From Catajapyx aquilonaris (Eukaryota), in contig JYFJ02001349.1 in the NCBI GenBank assembly GCA_000934665.2, positions 1 to 64,000 on the forward strand: a DNA stretch of 64,000 nucleotides, in the 5' to 3' direction. A program made the position numbers and the translations under genes. Shown piece by piece: positions 28,023-41,400 of the stretch. The notes below the pieces were generated by a model. That model was not told the DNA's origin. It did no database searches and saw only the letters and a list, made by a program, of their open reading frames with translations. Position 1 is the stretch's first letter; each line of letters begins with the position of its first letter.

Positions 28023-28339
28023 CAGGCGCGGATCCAGGGGGGTGGGGGGGGGGGGGCAATCGGGCAATTGCCCCCCCCTGAGCTCCCCCGGAAGAAAAAA
28101 AACTGAAAAAAATAGAAAAAAAACGGGTGGGAAACTTGCAAAAAATTGCACTGTTCTATGGGTTCTTTTCCGTTTTGCAGTCGCGACCCCAAATTTGGGG
28201 TCGCGAGGAAGGGTTGTGACCTTGAACTGGAAAAAAATTTCGCCTGCGGCGGGCCCTCCACCCCCGCCCCCAAGATAAATTTTTGCATGCACTATACCCT
28301 TGTGCCCCCCCCCTGAAAACATTTCTGGATCCGCGCCTG
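28023..28339. mobile_element. hAT-type MITE
   Basis: TIR CAGGCGCGGATCCAG / CTGGATCCGCGCCTG. Perfect 8-bp TSD GGTCCACC at 28015-28022 and 28340-28347. G/C-run subterminal motifs. Confidence 0.92.
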
Positions 28340-31300
28340 GGTCCACCTCACAACACCGGGCCAACCTCTTCCACGCCATCTCTTGACAAAACTGCCAACT
28401 ACAGAAGTGACCCTAACTACGTGATGCGAGGGGTTGTCACAAAATATATTAGTCCAAAATTGCGTTTCCTACAATTATCGCAAATCAACATATCATATGT
28501 TGCTAGACAGCGCATGTGATTGCTCCAACTACATGAATTGTACGATGAGAGAGAACGCCAATTATCGTACAATTATTCCAACGAGCAGATAATTAATGCC
28601 TAACCAGCTGACACATGTCAAACTGGAAATAAAGTACATATCCGTTGAGTTATGCGTGGTAGTTCCCTAGATGTAAGCCATACATACGTAGTAGACATCA
28701 ATTTCCGGCACCCCTTTGGCATTGCCATATTTACCTATTGTCAGTATTTATAAGCGCGCGCGCGAGCAGTACCCCCAAATCCGATATAGCCAGGCCACAC
28801 AAACAATTCTAATGCATTTCTCTTATGATCGCCAACTTTCATAATGGGGCGCGCCAGTTCGGGGTGTTTATGAGGCTCTCTATTTAAATTGGATGAGTGG
28901 ACAAAACGCTGGCTGCCCCCGCCGGACGGTGTTCAGGGCCTGGGCAAAATTGGCCCTAAAAATTCTTCACTCCGTTCCAGAATTGGTGCCATTCGTGTTT
29001 ATGTAGCCGAAATATTTACCATTCGTCAACAAAATGCGGCAGTTCAGCACACAACATAATTATGCGCAAAGAAATACAAGAATAAACGCGGGGGGATCCT
29101 GGACTTTGGGATTTGCATATTTTGTCTCTGCTGCCGTGTGTGCCGCTGCGCTGTAGGGCTGTATTCAGACTCAATTCAACTGACTAAATACAGACTTTTA
29201 CCTGCTAATAATGTTAATTACGATCACGTATAGTTACACTCACATGAAACCCCTTAGATTGATTACATCAGTTTAGGAGGATATTCGAAACCATGTCTAA
29301 ATTCGTGCAGTGGAAGAGAGAGAGAGAGAGGGACAGTGGGGGGGGGGGTGATTTTTACGGCGCCCATCAGTTGCTCAGGTAAAAAAAAAATACATAGCAA
29401 AGACTGCCATGTCTCCCACCTTCCACCTCCCGCCACTCACCCTATACAGTGTAGGGTTTACTGGATCGGAAAATTGTAAAAAAAAATGTTACAGCGAAAT
29501 GTGGCCATTCATTCATAGTTTATGAGGACATTGCGCAATTTATGGCGGCATTTGCAATCAACTCGACTGACCGGGAAGCTGCAATGAATGCTGTGTTTTC
29601 CAGCAAAACGTTGCCTTCAGTAATTTCTGTTTCAGCAGCAGAATATTATTCCCAAGCAATCAGTAAATAGCAGCAACCTGTCTATCCAGCACACTATGCC
29701 GATTGTTTAAAAGAATTCGACATTGCAAGTCCACATCATTCATATAAAGGTGCATCACCTCCTCTGCAGTAGTACAGCAGCACACACCAGCAGTTTGCCT
29801 CGAAAATAAGACCTGACAGTTGCAAATCGATAAGCCACAAAAGGACAAAAGTCCCCAAATTGTCCCCCATTTTGAGCCGGCAGCGAATTTGAAACATCAG
29901 CAATGCACCTACACAAGTTAGGGGCTCTCTTGCCTCGCCACAAAGGCTGAGAAATTTCCAGCCCGCCGCGGTTCGGTCCACTGCCGTGTTAGATTGTCAA
30001 TGCCGCAAAGTATACGCGACACGAGAATCACCTAGAGGCAGCAAATTTGCATTTTATCATATCAGCAACCAAAATGTCGGCCGCTGTCGAGACGAGCGGG
30101 GAAACAAGAAGCGCCGCAGCCTGCAAAATCCTCTACACAAGAGAGAGGAGACACCAGGAGGGAGGGGGACACATATATACACGCCTCAGAGAGTGCCGTC
30201 TAAGCGACGGATTTTGCACAAGGTGAAGTATATTCATATGCCACATTTTTCCATCTCATATTCTGCATGTTATGTACCACAAGAATGACTTTTCGGATTG
30301 GTTGCTTTGCAGCAGTTATGATCAAAAAGCAAGCTTTTTTTTCATTTTTGTGCTGGATAAGTTCTTAGAGATGGGGCTTTGTCCCCTCGGATCCCCTTCC
30401 GGGCCAGTGGAACGCTCCAATGCTTCCGTTGTGACGTGAAGATCTTGAAGACCTGTGGCCTCAACTGATAAATACCGACAGTCCAGATAAAAGTCGACAG
30501 TAGTGTAGCATGACGTGTCGCACAACGACCAACTAATAGGGCTTAAATGCTTCCAGGTATTGCAAGATCAGCATAGCAGATACGTCTGGAGAAGAGTCGA
30601 AGCTGTTGTGACAATGAATGCATTCTTATAACGGTTTGACATCTCTCCACTCTACGTATATATAAGAGCGGAGTTTGCCAAATTAATTTTCTATGTTTTC
30701 GTGGCCTAATGCGCTATTAAATTGGGATTGTTGGACCGGTTCGCATGTACGAAACGCTCCTATTAAAGGCACGTAAGGCACAAATTATGTATAAATGTAG
30801 CACTACCCTGCTTTGTTTGCCGTGAAAAAAAATCTAGAAAGTTGACAGGCGATATAATTTACTAGGGTCGTTGTGAGTGGTCACAGATAAAAGCTCACAG
30901 TAAATTTACCTGTCATTAGGCACGGATTAAACAATCGTCTGATCATCTATGCCGAAACTAGGTCCCATTTTTCATAGCTTACATGCATGGTTGAAGCCCA
31001 GCTTTCAACAGCCTGGCAATTGGGGAAGGTAAGCCAAAAGAGTATCCGAGTGCAGTAGTAGTCCGAGATGCGTTGTTCGTTTGTGCGTAAAGAGGCACGT
31101 AAATGTCTGGGGCAAGCTCTCCCTCGGCTCGTTTGCCAACTAACTCACTTTGTGTTCATCAGGCGGTGAGGACCTTCAGTCAGGGACTCTCATCGGCGCC
31201 ATATGGCCACTGCTTCGCCATACTTCATTACGCCCTCATTAGCGTCTTCTACATACAAGGCCTAATGGCCCGTTGACGCTCTTGCAGGACTCTGGGACTG

Positions 31301-33231
31301 GCGGGGTCAGGGATGGAGTGGGGGATGGTGCAACGCTGCACTGTTTTTACTGCATGGGGCACTGTTTGCATTCTCAGAGCACGCTCTCTGACCCTTTTTC
31401 TTCCGATGCTGCCTCGTTCCAGCCTCAGCTCCGGCTGTCGCTTCTATACGGACACTTTTTCGCCTTCGACACAACTGCGGTGCTACATGTGTACCGTGCG
31501 TGTTTTTGTGTCAAGATCCCAGCCAGCAGTTATGAAAACAGCAACGACCATTATATGACCACTCTCAGGACATTGTTCGCTTTCCTCCAGTCACAAAATT
31601 TGTAAAAAGACCACAGCTGTTGGGTAAGCTTAGGTCACGCCAGGTCAACCTTTGTACGAGTATGTGTTTTCTGTATGGATGGTTATAGTTGCACTGTAAG
31701 CACTATTATAAGTGTGTGGCGTCTTGCAACGTCATCACCCCCAACAGATTTCGGGGCTCCGTGTCAGTCGATGCAAGTGTCTTTGGTGTGTACTTCTTAC
31801 TATAAGCCAGATTATGCCGAATGGGCAGGGAGATCATTAATCTGCATAGAAGACTGAATTACAACTAGGATAGACTGCTATGACACAAGTCATGTGGCCC
31901 AAATGGGCCCTAAGTAATACTGACTCTGGCACCCAAGAATTATGATTGTGTGAGGCCTATTTCATTACACCTTCTTATTTCTACTCATTGCCAAGTAACA
32001 TGCGAATAACATCGTAAATACTCCTACTAGAATAGGCTACAAGTAAATGTAATCAAAAACCAGAATAATTAGTAAAATGAGCATAAAATTCTATAAACAC
32101 CATAACGGGACTCTGGGAAGCCTTTCTCCTTCACTGTCTATCACAATGTCCTGATTAGCTTGTTTCGGATTTAATATGCTTCACGTATCGGGACCTAAAT
32201 GATGTTTTCAATAGACTAGGGAATATTGGTTTTAGCACATGACTCATTCTACACCCACTTATTACGCGGGAATAATATAAAAGTATGCTATATTATTTAC
32301 CACCCTGTGGAGTTTAAACATCTAAAAAGAAGAGCAAAAGTACGATTCCTGGTTTAAGTGGCACGACATTCAGAGGATTAAAGAGCATACATGGTCATTA
32401 AATTCCCTTTTTTAAAGTGTAATATATATACAATACACGCGCAAGTTCACTTCTAAAATGTCCCCCTCTTGTAGGTGGTAACTTATATATGTTTACATCA
32501 TTAGATAATCTGAACGCAAAATAAACTACGCGGAGCTTATCTTTCCAATTACCCTTCATTCACTCCCTTGTGTGCCCTGGTTACTAGTTATTAAATTTGA
32601 AACTCGAACGGTACACTGTGTAGAAGGTATTTTGCAGAAAGGGAAAGAAGATCCAATAGCAACTCAGCGGGTCTTGAGCCGGTCGCAGGGACGAAACGAA
32701 GGCAGATCTCCAATTATGTAGGCCTACAGTATGAAACTGGAGGTCTGAACAATATCCAAAGATCAAGAGGGTTATTCGGCAACTCGAAGATGAGCAGGGA
32801 AACTCATTCATTAGTGCAGCTATGTTAATATCTTATAATCAAGATCGAGGTTTTAATCTATAATTTTTGGTTCCAATCTGCGAAAACTGGCTAAAATTAT
32901 TGGCCTAGTTTCTTAGTCATTTAGCTCCGAAAGATTTGCAAAGTTGTAGAAAATTTACCCCTGCCTTTTAATCCAGGGATATAGTGTAAAATCCGGCAAA
33001 CTTGGGGAATTTAACAAGGCGGGTTTGAAAGGGCAGTCTGCGAAACAAAAAATCGGGAATAGAAGTGGCGGAAAAAAGAAACTGATTGGATTGACGAATT
33101 TTGTGCAGAGTCTTATATAGAATCTAATGACTTACTGGGAAATTATGTTCCAGTATACTGCACAAGGTGTCAAACTTTTTGTGTGCAACTAAACAGACCT
33201 TTTCCAAATACCTACCAGGTACCCCTATACT

Positions 33232-33520
33232 TATCAGTGGGGCTTAACGTCGGCCTATTTCTTCTACCAAGAGCTAACTTCTACTAAGGCTCAACACCGA
33301 CGCCAGGGGGTGGTCCTCCTGGAAATTTGGCCACTCTGGCGATCTTTAACGTGCACTCGCGCAATGTCACAAGCACACGGGACCGACGGCTTTACTTCCC
33401 CTCCGAAGGAAGGCGCACTCTTACTTTTCTACCACCCGGAAAAAAGTCCTCGGCCGGGTTCGAACCCACAACTTTGGGTCTAGAGGCGAGCGCGGTAACC
33501 GCCAAACCACCAGCGCCTGT
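33232..33520 (-). mobile_element. tRNA-derived SINE, family E (Meta-domain-like body)
   Basis: Minus-strand head GGTGGTTTGGCGGTTA..GGTTCGAACCCGGCCGAGG. The plus-strand motifs GATCTTTAACGTGC and CACACGGGACCGACGGCTTTACTTCCCCTCCGAAGG recall MetaSINE-type domains. Tail GACGTTAAGCCCC. 14-bp TSD GGTACCC(C/T)TATACT at 33218-33231 and 33521-33534. Confidence 0.85.
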
Positions 33521-33538
33521 GGTACCCTTATACTGTAC

Positions 33539-33695
33539 ATGTTAGGCTAAAACCCCCAAAATGGCCATTGGGCGAAAAAAAGTCCATTCTGCAGAATGCC
33601 CTGTCAAACCGTCCATTCTGCAGAATGACAGGGCATTCTGCAGTATGGACGTTTTTTTTCGCCCAATGGCCGTTTTCGGGGTTTCAGCCTAACAT
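33539..33695. mobile_element. 157-bp MITE sharing termini with the 1909-4747 foldback element
   Basis: ATGTTAGGCTAAAACCCCCAAAATGGCCATTGGGCG ... CGCCCAATGGCCGTTTTCGGGGTTTCAGCCTAACAT, with internal CATTCTGCAGAATG palindromic units. Confidence 0.9.
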
Positions 33696-34855
33696 ATACA
33701 TTTGAGCATATGCGTGAATAGGAAAAAGCTGAATTTCTTGCAGAATTTTGCAGTCATGGTATTTGAGGGTTAGTGCACTAACTTTAATGAATGTTTACGG
33801 TACACGAAAAAATGCCGTGTGATATCATGGAAATACTTGTCTGACATATTTTCCAAGAGAGCTTGTTAGAAAGGTGACCAAGTTATAGGATGCAGAAAAT
33901 GTGTTCGAGACATGTATCGAACAAGCATCAGGTTTTGGGTGTGGAAAGAGTGTGTAGGGTTTGAGGGACGCAACAAACAAGCCCATCGCAGTATTATAGC
34001 CAGGGATCTCATTTATGCCACTAGTATCCGAGAGCAAACAGAATGGTGGTGGGAGTGGGCGGGGGAGCAGCTGAATAACGAGGACCACCCCTTGACTTGG
34101 TTTACGGTTGTTTCCCTGAAATCCGTCGAGTCTGTGGTGTTTAACTTCACCTGCTTGTCTGTCACAAAATTGGAGGCGTCGGCAGTGTTGACTATACTTT
34201 AGACTCTGGTTTTCCATTCGCATGCTTGCAATAAAAGGGAATTAGCTGCGCAGCCCTCCTTCAAGGAAAATCCCTCTTGGAAATTATGGCTTTAATTTGT
34301 AAAGTACACTTCATTTTAATCTTTACGACATAAATTTGCATCACAAACTCTTCCGTCATCTGTCGTAGAACGCGGCTCTTTGCTCTCGGAATGACTTGAT
34401 CGAATAGATGCAAAAATCAATATCTGTGACAGACTTTCTGCTGGCTCCAGGAACAACTTTTTCTCCTAATAGTAATAACATTCTTTTTCTACAGAACAAA
34501 AAAAAACCTTATTAGGTCAGTCCTAGAAGGCTAATTTCAATCCCCTCCTCCAGTTATTTTTCTTCCTTTCTACTATATGCGCCGAAAGTTTTCCGAAAGC
34601 TGCCGTCGAGACTTTTTCGCGAATAAATATTGATAACACGAGAGTTTATGCAGCCTTCACAAAAGTCAGGGCTAAGAAGTTCGTGTGCCCCAAGCTCGCA
34701 TTAATCAGGGTTAACATCGGCGTCGTTGTCTTTGCCTTTGGGTCGTTGTGATTGTAATTGTGATCCGCCAATCAGCGGGGGCCGTGCAATGACTAGGAAT
34801 GGCGTAACCCGCGCTGATTGGTGGCTTCCAACCACAACCTTCATACAAAAAGTAT

Positions 34856-34857
<2 letters not shown>

Positions 34858-34928
<71 letters not shown>
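34858..34928. repeat. (AAT)n microsatellite
   Basis: About 23 perfect AAT units. Confidence 0.95.
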
Positions 34929-34929
<1 letters not shown>

Positions 34930-34939
34930 GAAGGAATAA

Positions 34940-35234
34940 TTATTACAATATAATATCTTACCCCGTTATCAGCCTTTTTCGGCTCTTTAGGGGCGATTTT
35001 TGTTTTGTCTGGAACTCTTGCTTACATGTTTACTTTTTGCTTTTTTGGGATAGGATAGGGAAGGAAGGAGGCAGCTGTGGCCCTTTTTAATTAGGAAGCA
35101 ACCCCGGAATTCTCCTGGAGGGACCGTGGGAAACCACAGAAAACCACGGTTAAAGTTGCCGGCCCCGGGGCTCGAACCCAGGACCTCCCGATTAGCAGTC
35201 GGACCCTAGAGCCACTCCACCAAACTGCTTCGGT
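34940..35234 (-). mobile_element. SINE family B
   Basis: Reverse complement of the 13244-type head and body, with the shared 3' stem-loop at 34959-34993. Partial TSD GAAGGAATAA on both sides. Confidence 0.88.
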
Positions 35235-38118
35235 ATATAGAAGGAATAAGATAACATAGTGAAGGATTCAGCGTTGTGATCAGTTTGTAGAATTCGGTTC
35301 GTAAATGTTTCAGACATTCGTCATCTAGAGTGTAGGCTACTTTATTCGGCACAAAAAATTACAAAATTATTTGAAGTTTATTAAAAAATACATGCAAAGC
35401 AAAGGTTTGAAAAAGTGCCGAGTACCACACTAGAGGAGAAGGGGCTACCGTAATATTACTTGGGCACACATTTATTGCAGATTCACTCTTTAAACTTTAC
35501 AGGGTTAAAACAACAGCAATGTGTAGGCTACTATATTTCTTATGCAACACATAAAAAACAGTATAAGCATGATGTTGAAAATCCCACGCGAGATTTTAAA
35601 ATGTTAAGAAAAACACTGGTGGTTGCAACCATAATTCAGGAATGGTAGCATTTTGTCGCCCCTAGGGGGAACATGTACAGCCATTATTATGACAATTTTT
35701 ACAGCAGAAATGACATAATAATTTTCCTAAAAGAAGCACTCCAAAACTGCGCTTCGCATCAGTCTTGGACACTTACCCTATTTAATTAGATGAGAACGTG
35801 CAATATAGCATTAAAATATAGTAAACACGTTCACTGGATATTATTGCCAAATTGCTTCCCGCAATTTTTGCCGAGCTATAGGTCAATGGTTTTGTATAAA
35901 GCTAGTATCAATTACAATTCAAGCCAATTTGAGATAAATAAAATGTGTTCTCTGAATCACCAAAGTGTATAAAACTGGTGACAATAATACCAGCCATGAG
36001 AGATTTGTGGGGAACTTTTTACCACCCATAGCAAGGTATAACTTAAGTATAGCCATCGTTTCTACATGTCCAAGTGGCTTTATGGTACGGCCATTCAAGC
36101 TCATAAGGGAGTCATGACCCCTCTTTATGCCATTCACTGCCCCAACTCAAACGCGAAGGTCTTCATAACACTTGGAAGGGCAATGACGAGAGCGCTGAAT
36201 TGTCACCCCTTGCACATGATAATTTACGAGATATATCTCGTGTCAAATGCATGATATATGGACAACCCATAATCTTTAGAAGGGTATTATCTCACAAAAT
36301 AATAGTCTGGGTTTGGATGGAAGGGTAAAAGGGTGAGTCAGGGCCCTCTCACAGGCTTGAACAGGCACATCGTGGGTGTGAAGCCCACTAAGTCCAATTT
36401 CGATTTGTTTGAGTTTTTTTAGATACCACCAAGTGTCTTTTTGCATGGTTTAGTCCATTTAATCCTAAAATTCATAATGAGCCAGCGAGACAGGATTTGC
36501 TATCATCACCAGCAAGTAAGCAAGTGCAAGATCAAATCTTAGCCTTATATTTTGTCTAAACTGTTTTTTTGGACTTGGTAAATTTCACTAACTTGCAGTT
36601 CCACAATATATGCATAAATCATAAGTCATTTATCATAACCATGTCAATACCCTCACTTTTCATTTTAAGACATGGTATGGACAAACTTGACTCCGAATGA
36701 AAGCGTGTAAATACGACAGCGACTGCTACAATCGAATTAAAATAAGTACTACATAAGTTTATTATAGGTACGGCACAATAATATTGTCGTTTCGTATATC
36801 TCTGAAATAATGAAGAACATTACCTCTTAACGAGAAGAGTTATATCCCGTAGATAACTCCAGAAGCAATATTATGTGTAATCAAGTCGAGGCCTCTCTGT
36901 CTTGGGCATCTTGAGAGAAGCTCCCGTCGTCAAAGCACCTTTAAAAGGTATATCCTTGCAGCTATCGCCAACCAATTGTATCCATGGTACTTTCGCAACC
37001 CGATTGAAAAAGGCAGACAGTTGCCGTGCAGGAAATTAAAGTGTCAGGAGCCCGTGGCAAAAAAAGAAAGCCTGGTTTTGATTAGGACTGCGAGCGTGCA
37101 TTTTCCGACCTCGAGTTGTGTCATTACAAATACACACATTGTGTATGGAATGAATTACTTTTGACGTATAGCTCAGCACGGAAATATATATGTCAGTCGA
37201 TTTGTTGCGGTGTGGGGCAGGGGTAGGAGGGAGGCACTACGTATTCTAACCTCCTAGAACCCCCCCGTGGGTTTCACACGATGCGAGCTGTTGATAGATT
37301 ACCACGTCGGTCTTTACACCGATAAAAATGACACTAATATCATGCGTCCCAAATTGTACTCGGAAAACTGATCAGGTTTCGGACCTTGTTGAGTACGCTA
37401 TCTGACACAGACGGAATGTTTCATTCAACGCTGACCATTTCCGAATGAAAAAATGTCATTTAAAAATCTATGTCGGAGAATGTTCAACTTGATGCTACAC
37501 CGCAGCAGGAGCCATTCACGCTCATATCATTACACGTGCAGGATAGAAAAGGGCATCAAATTATCTTTTACGCATATTTTCTCATGGAATTGCTCCGGAT
37601 ATTTGTCCGCGTGAATTTCGAACATGCTGTGAAGCAGCAAATCCGGGTTTTAGGACCGCGGCCGCGGCCGGTTGCAAGAACTTATAGGCTACTCTCATTA
37701 TTACTGTTTCCGCTGCACCAACCCTTCTTACAGCATAAGTGCGACTATACAGGATCAGTAATCCCACCTAATGGGGCAGGTAGGGCAATTCCTTGACCTA
37801 TTCCAAGACCAAAATGTTCTGCTTCATTTTTGGATGGCAGACCGTCGTTACGGTGTGCGATGGCCATTAAGTTTTGGTTAAGTCACTCGTGTTAGGCGAT
37901 ATAAGATAAATCTTGCTGCTTCATTTCAAACCGCCGCCGGCCATGTTGGGCCAGCAGTAGCGTTTCCCTTTCGTTCATATATAAAGTTCAGCCTAGTCCG
38001 GTAGGGTCGCCACTTACCTGGGCTCCGAAATGTCTCATGGCGCTCTCAGGTGAGCACCCGCTGCAAAATGCCTCGGCAGGCGATAACGCCAGAATGTAGT
38101 ATAAGTGTCCGGGGGCCG

Positions 38119-38445
38119 GGCCACATGTACAGAAAGGCTCAATTTCCTGATCTCCGTCTACCAGACGTACCGAAAGAAGTGATGTTTGACTCGATTGTGA
38201 CAATTGAATCCTTGAATCTAAGAGTAGGCAAAATAATGTCCATAACGGAGATTTTTTACAACAAAACAACGAGGAACATTGTAAGTGATAGTAATTTTTA
38301 AGTTTTGAACACCTTTCGTCGCTGGATATAAAGGCAGGCTTCCTTATCGAGTTATGTGCTTTAAAAAATCCGAACTTCTCTAACTCGAATCTTCTATAAC
38401 TCGAAATTTTTCCAGTCCCATGGAGATTCGACTGGAGTTTTACTA
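38119..38445 (-). mobile_element. Second, partial copy of the pogo/Tigger-like MITE at 22684
   Basis: Reverse complement of ~22705-23030, e.g. TTTTGAACACCTTTCGTCGCTGGATATAAAGG versus CCTTTATATCCAGCGACGAAAGGTGTTCAAAA. Confidence 0.85.
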
Positions 38446-41400
38446 TTATAAAACGTCACATCATCCCGAGTGTTGTAAAGTAACATCTTACTGTAATTTT
38501 GTTCGAGAAAATATAAACGAGTTAATAAAGTAAGTGTCCCAGAAGTGGACAGGTTAAGGGAGAAAATTCACGTCGATCACTTTTTCCATGGGAATTAGTA
38601 TAAGAAATGCTCGAAAAAATATTGTTCGAATCGTCGATACGCATACTTGCTCTTTCATCCAGTTCATATTCGTGCCATATTAAACAGGTTAATTCTGCGT
38701 AAAATATTTTTTATGTGCAAGTCCAGTTGTGAACAGCCAAAATGATGACTGTTCCAGTTGTGGACAGCCTCCGTATACCGTATTTAGTGCGTCTGTGTCA
38801 ATATCATCAGGGAAGCGAAAGTTTTACATCATGTCTAGTTAGTATAACTTAACAGAAAATAGAGTAACGGCAGGAGTTTTAAAAAGGGATGTGACGTTGC
38901 CAGATTGCCGCGCTCCCTTGTTTTTTTTCAGCTTCCCAGTCTCGGCCGGTCTCGAGTGTAAACTATGGTCCAGTGTCCAATAGTCGAGTTCAGAATTGGA
39001 ACATCGACGTTTTTTTTGGGTCCAGTAGTGAACCCCCCAGATCTTTACATAAGATTGACGCAAAAGGACATCATATTTGGAAAATCTGAAGCATTTATGT
39101 TTTTTTCCATTCAAAAAACCCGAAGTAACACGTCCACGTATTTATTTGCAAGGTTTTACTTTCTACGTGTCTCTTAACGAATCCGCTAAGAAAAGCACCA
39201 TTTCAATAAGCCATAAATTAGAGCTGACGTGTTCACGCGCTTCTCATTCACTAAGCCATGGATGGTAAATAATTATTATGTGGTGATCAGTCAACCCCAA
39301 AAGGATATGAAATGATGCCAGATGATCATTTCCACTCAATATTGCCGTGTTCCCTTGTTATTTAGGTTCAAAGCCTCCGTCATCCACCTTTGGGACACCG
39401 TACACTACTGGTACACATACCTTAATAGGTTCGCCTATATAGTCCCTTATATTTTTCTCATTTTAAATGTTCTCATATTATTGATGCAGAGTAATTTTTG
39501 AGAAGTTGAGATTTTCGTGGACTGTGCGAGAACCCCTAGCTGCCTCTGTAGCTAAACAATTCTGGCTTTCCGGGCATGCAGGAGGGGAATGTCCGATAAG
39601 CTGCAGGTGGGTCCGATCACATGTAATTTAGCTCGTACCGGTGATGAACATGAGAGGCTCCTCTCCCACTTGATTGACCAGGCAGAGACCCTGTTCCTGC
39701 TAATGCGAACGTTCTAATTCTAATCACTACTTCGCAGGCTTGCTATGTGTCTCCCTTCCCTTTTACCATTGGTCCTCGTCCTTCCCAGGTGGGATGAGTT
39801 CATGAGACTTCAGCTGCCTCCAGCAAATAACCCACCTAAATCACACTTTTCACCTCATCCGTAAACGTCACCATCTTGAAAGGGGTTGCGAGCCCGCTTC
39901 TCCCTAATACTACTAGCAGTCCAGCAGAATACCTCCCTGTATACCCCAATGTACCGTACGATTCTCATAATCTAGTAATTTTGAAGGTTATAAAATATAT
40001 TATTTAGAAAGAGGTCAGATATACTAATAACATATCCTTGGTTTTATAGACAGAATTTTGCTTTAAAAAACAAACTGGTGACTCCGAAGGAAGTCCAATA
40101 GAGAGTTACGGTCTAGTCCCTGCATCTCTCCCCCCCCCCCCAACCTAAGTTGAACATGCGGCGGCGTCTCGGACGTCTCAGGCGTCTCGTGATGTTCCGC
40201 CTGGCAGATAAGTGCCACTAACTGACGTGTCATTTGCATGATTCAACCCAGCAGGATGGATGTGAAAGTTGGATGACTCGGGAAACGTTGAGATGATGTC
40301 ATTTGCGGACAGTGATTTTTCCCAACGGAGGAGGCAAAACTAGCGAGGCTCTACCGGAATTTCCACCTGGAAATTAAGCCTAGACATCGGACGCGGGATT
40401 TTTCTCCCTTAGGCGTAACATTTAATATTCGCATCAAAAAGTGTAGCTTATCCAAAGCAAGCAATTTCATATACTGTAGCTAAATGAGAACTTATCCTAC
40501 CGTTCTTGAAAATTTCTAGTAAAATTCACTCAGGAATAGGAAAGTCGTAACCACTTTTTGGGTTTTAAAAACTGTCAGCAATAAAAGTACTATTGGAGAA
40601 TCAGCATTACATTATATTGCAATGATAATTTAAATCAGTTTGCATATTACTGAAATTAGATTTTTTTAGGGACCTCGATCCGCGGGAATTTCTCCCTGGA
40701 CCGATTTCATCTCCTGCCTGCTACTCTGCAGACCATTTTTCCTTCTTTTCCATCTCGGATCAAAATGAACATGTAAAGGCCAGAGTGAAATATCGATATA
40801 GCAGAATAGAAATATAAATTCACGTTCACCTCTCCAGCTTGATCATTCCCTGCTTCTCGCGTTGTCTCCAAATGCGCAAAAAATCGATGGCAAAAAGCAG
40901 TTCCTAGTTCAAACTTTTTTCCTGTTTTCCACTCCACTAGGAGCACACAAACTCCGAAAACAACCAAAAAATATTTTTTTTACTAAACAAGTATCATTTC
41001 ACATTGGATACGGTACTGATATACGTAGCAAAATATTCCAGCTCGAACCGAAGAGCTGACGCAGTATTGTGGAAATTAAAAAATTCCATAAACAGCGTAT
41101 TTTGTCTCTCCCAGCTTGGTTTCATCTTGTAGGGTTTCATAAAGGGAAGGTCTGGTCGTTCACCCACAAATCGATTGAGCAACATATAGCGTAAACCGAG
41201 CCGATAAGATGTGTTTCGATTTGGGTCTCTCAGATTTAAAATTGGTAGGCAACTATGAAAGCCATCTTACGCGCAATATCGTAGGCGCTCCACATTTAGT
41301 CACGAACTCATCTCCGAAACGATAAGTTACTCCAGGTAATTGAAACCTTAGAATAATGTGACAGTTTCATTTTAGAGTAAATTGTATGGCTTTCCCGAGT

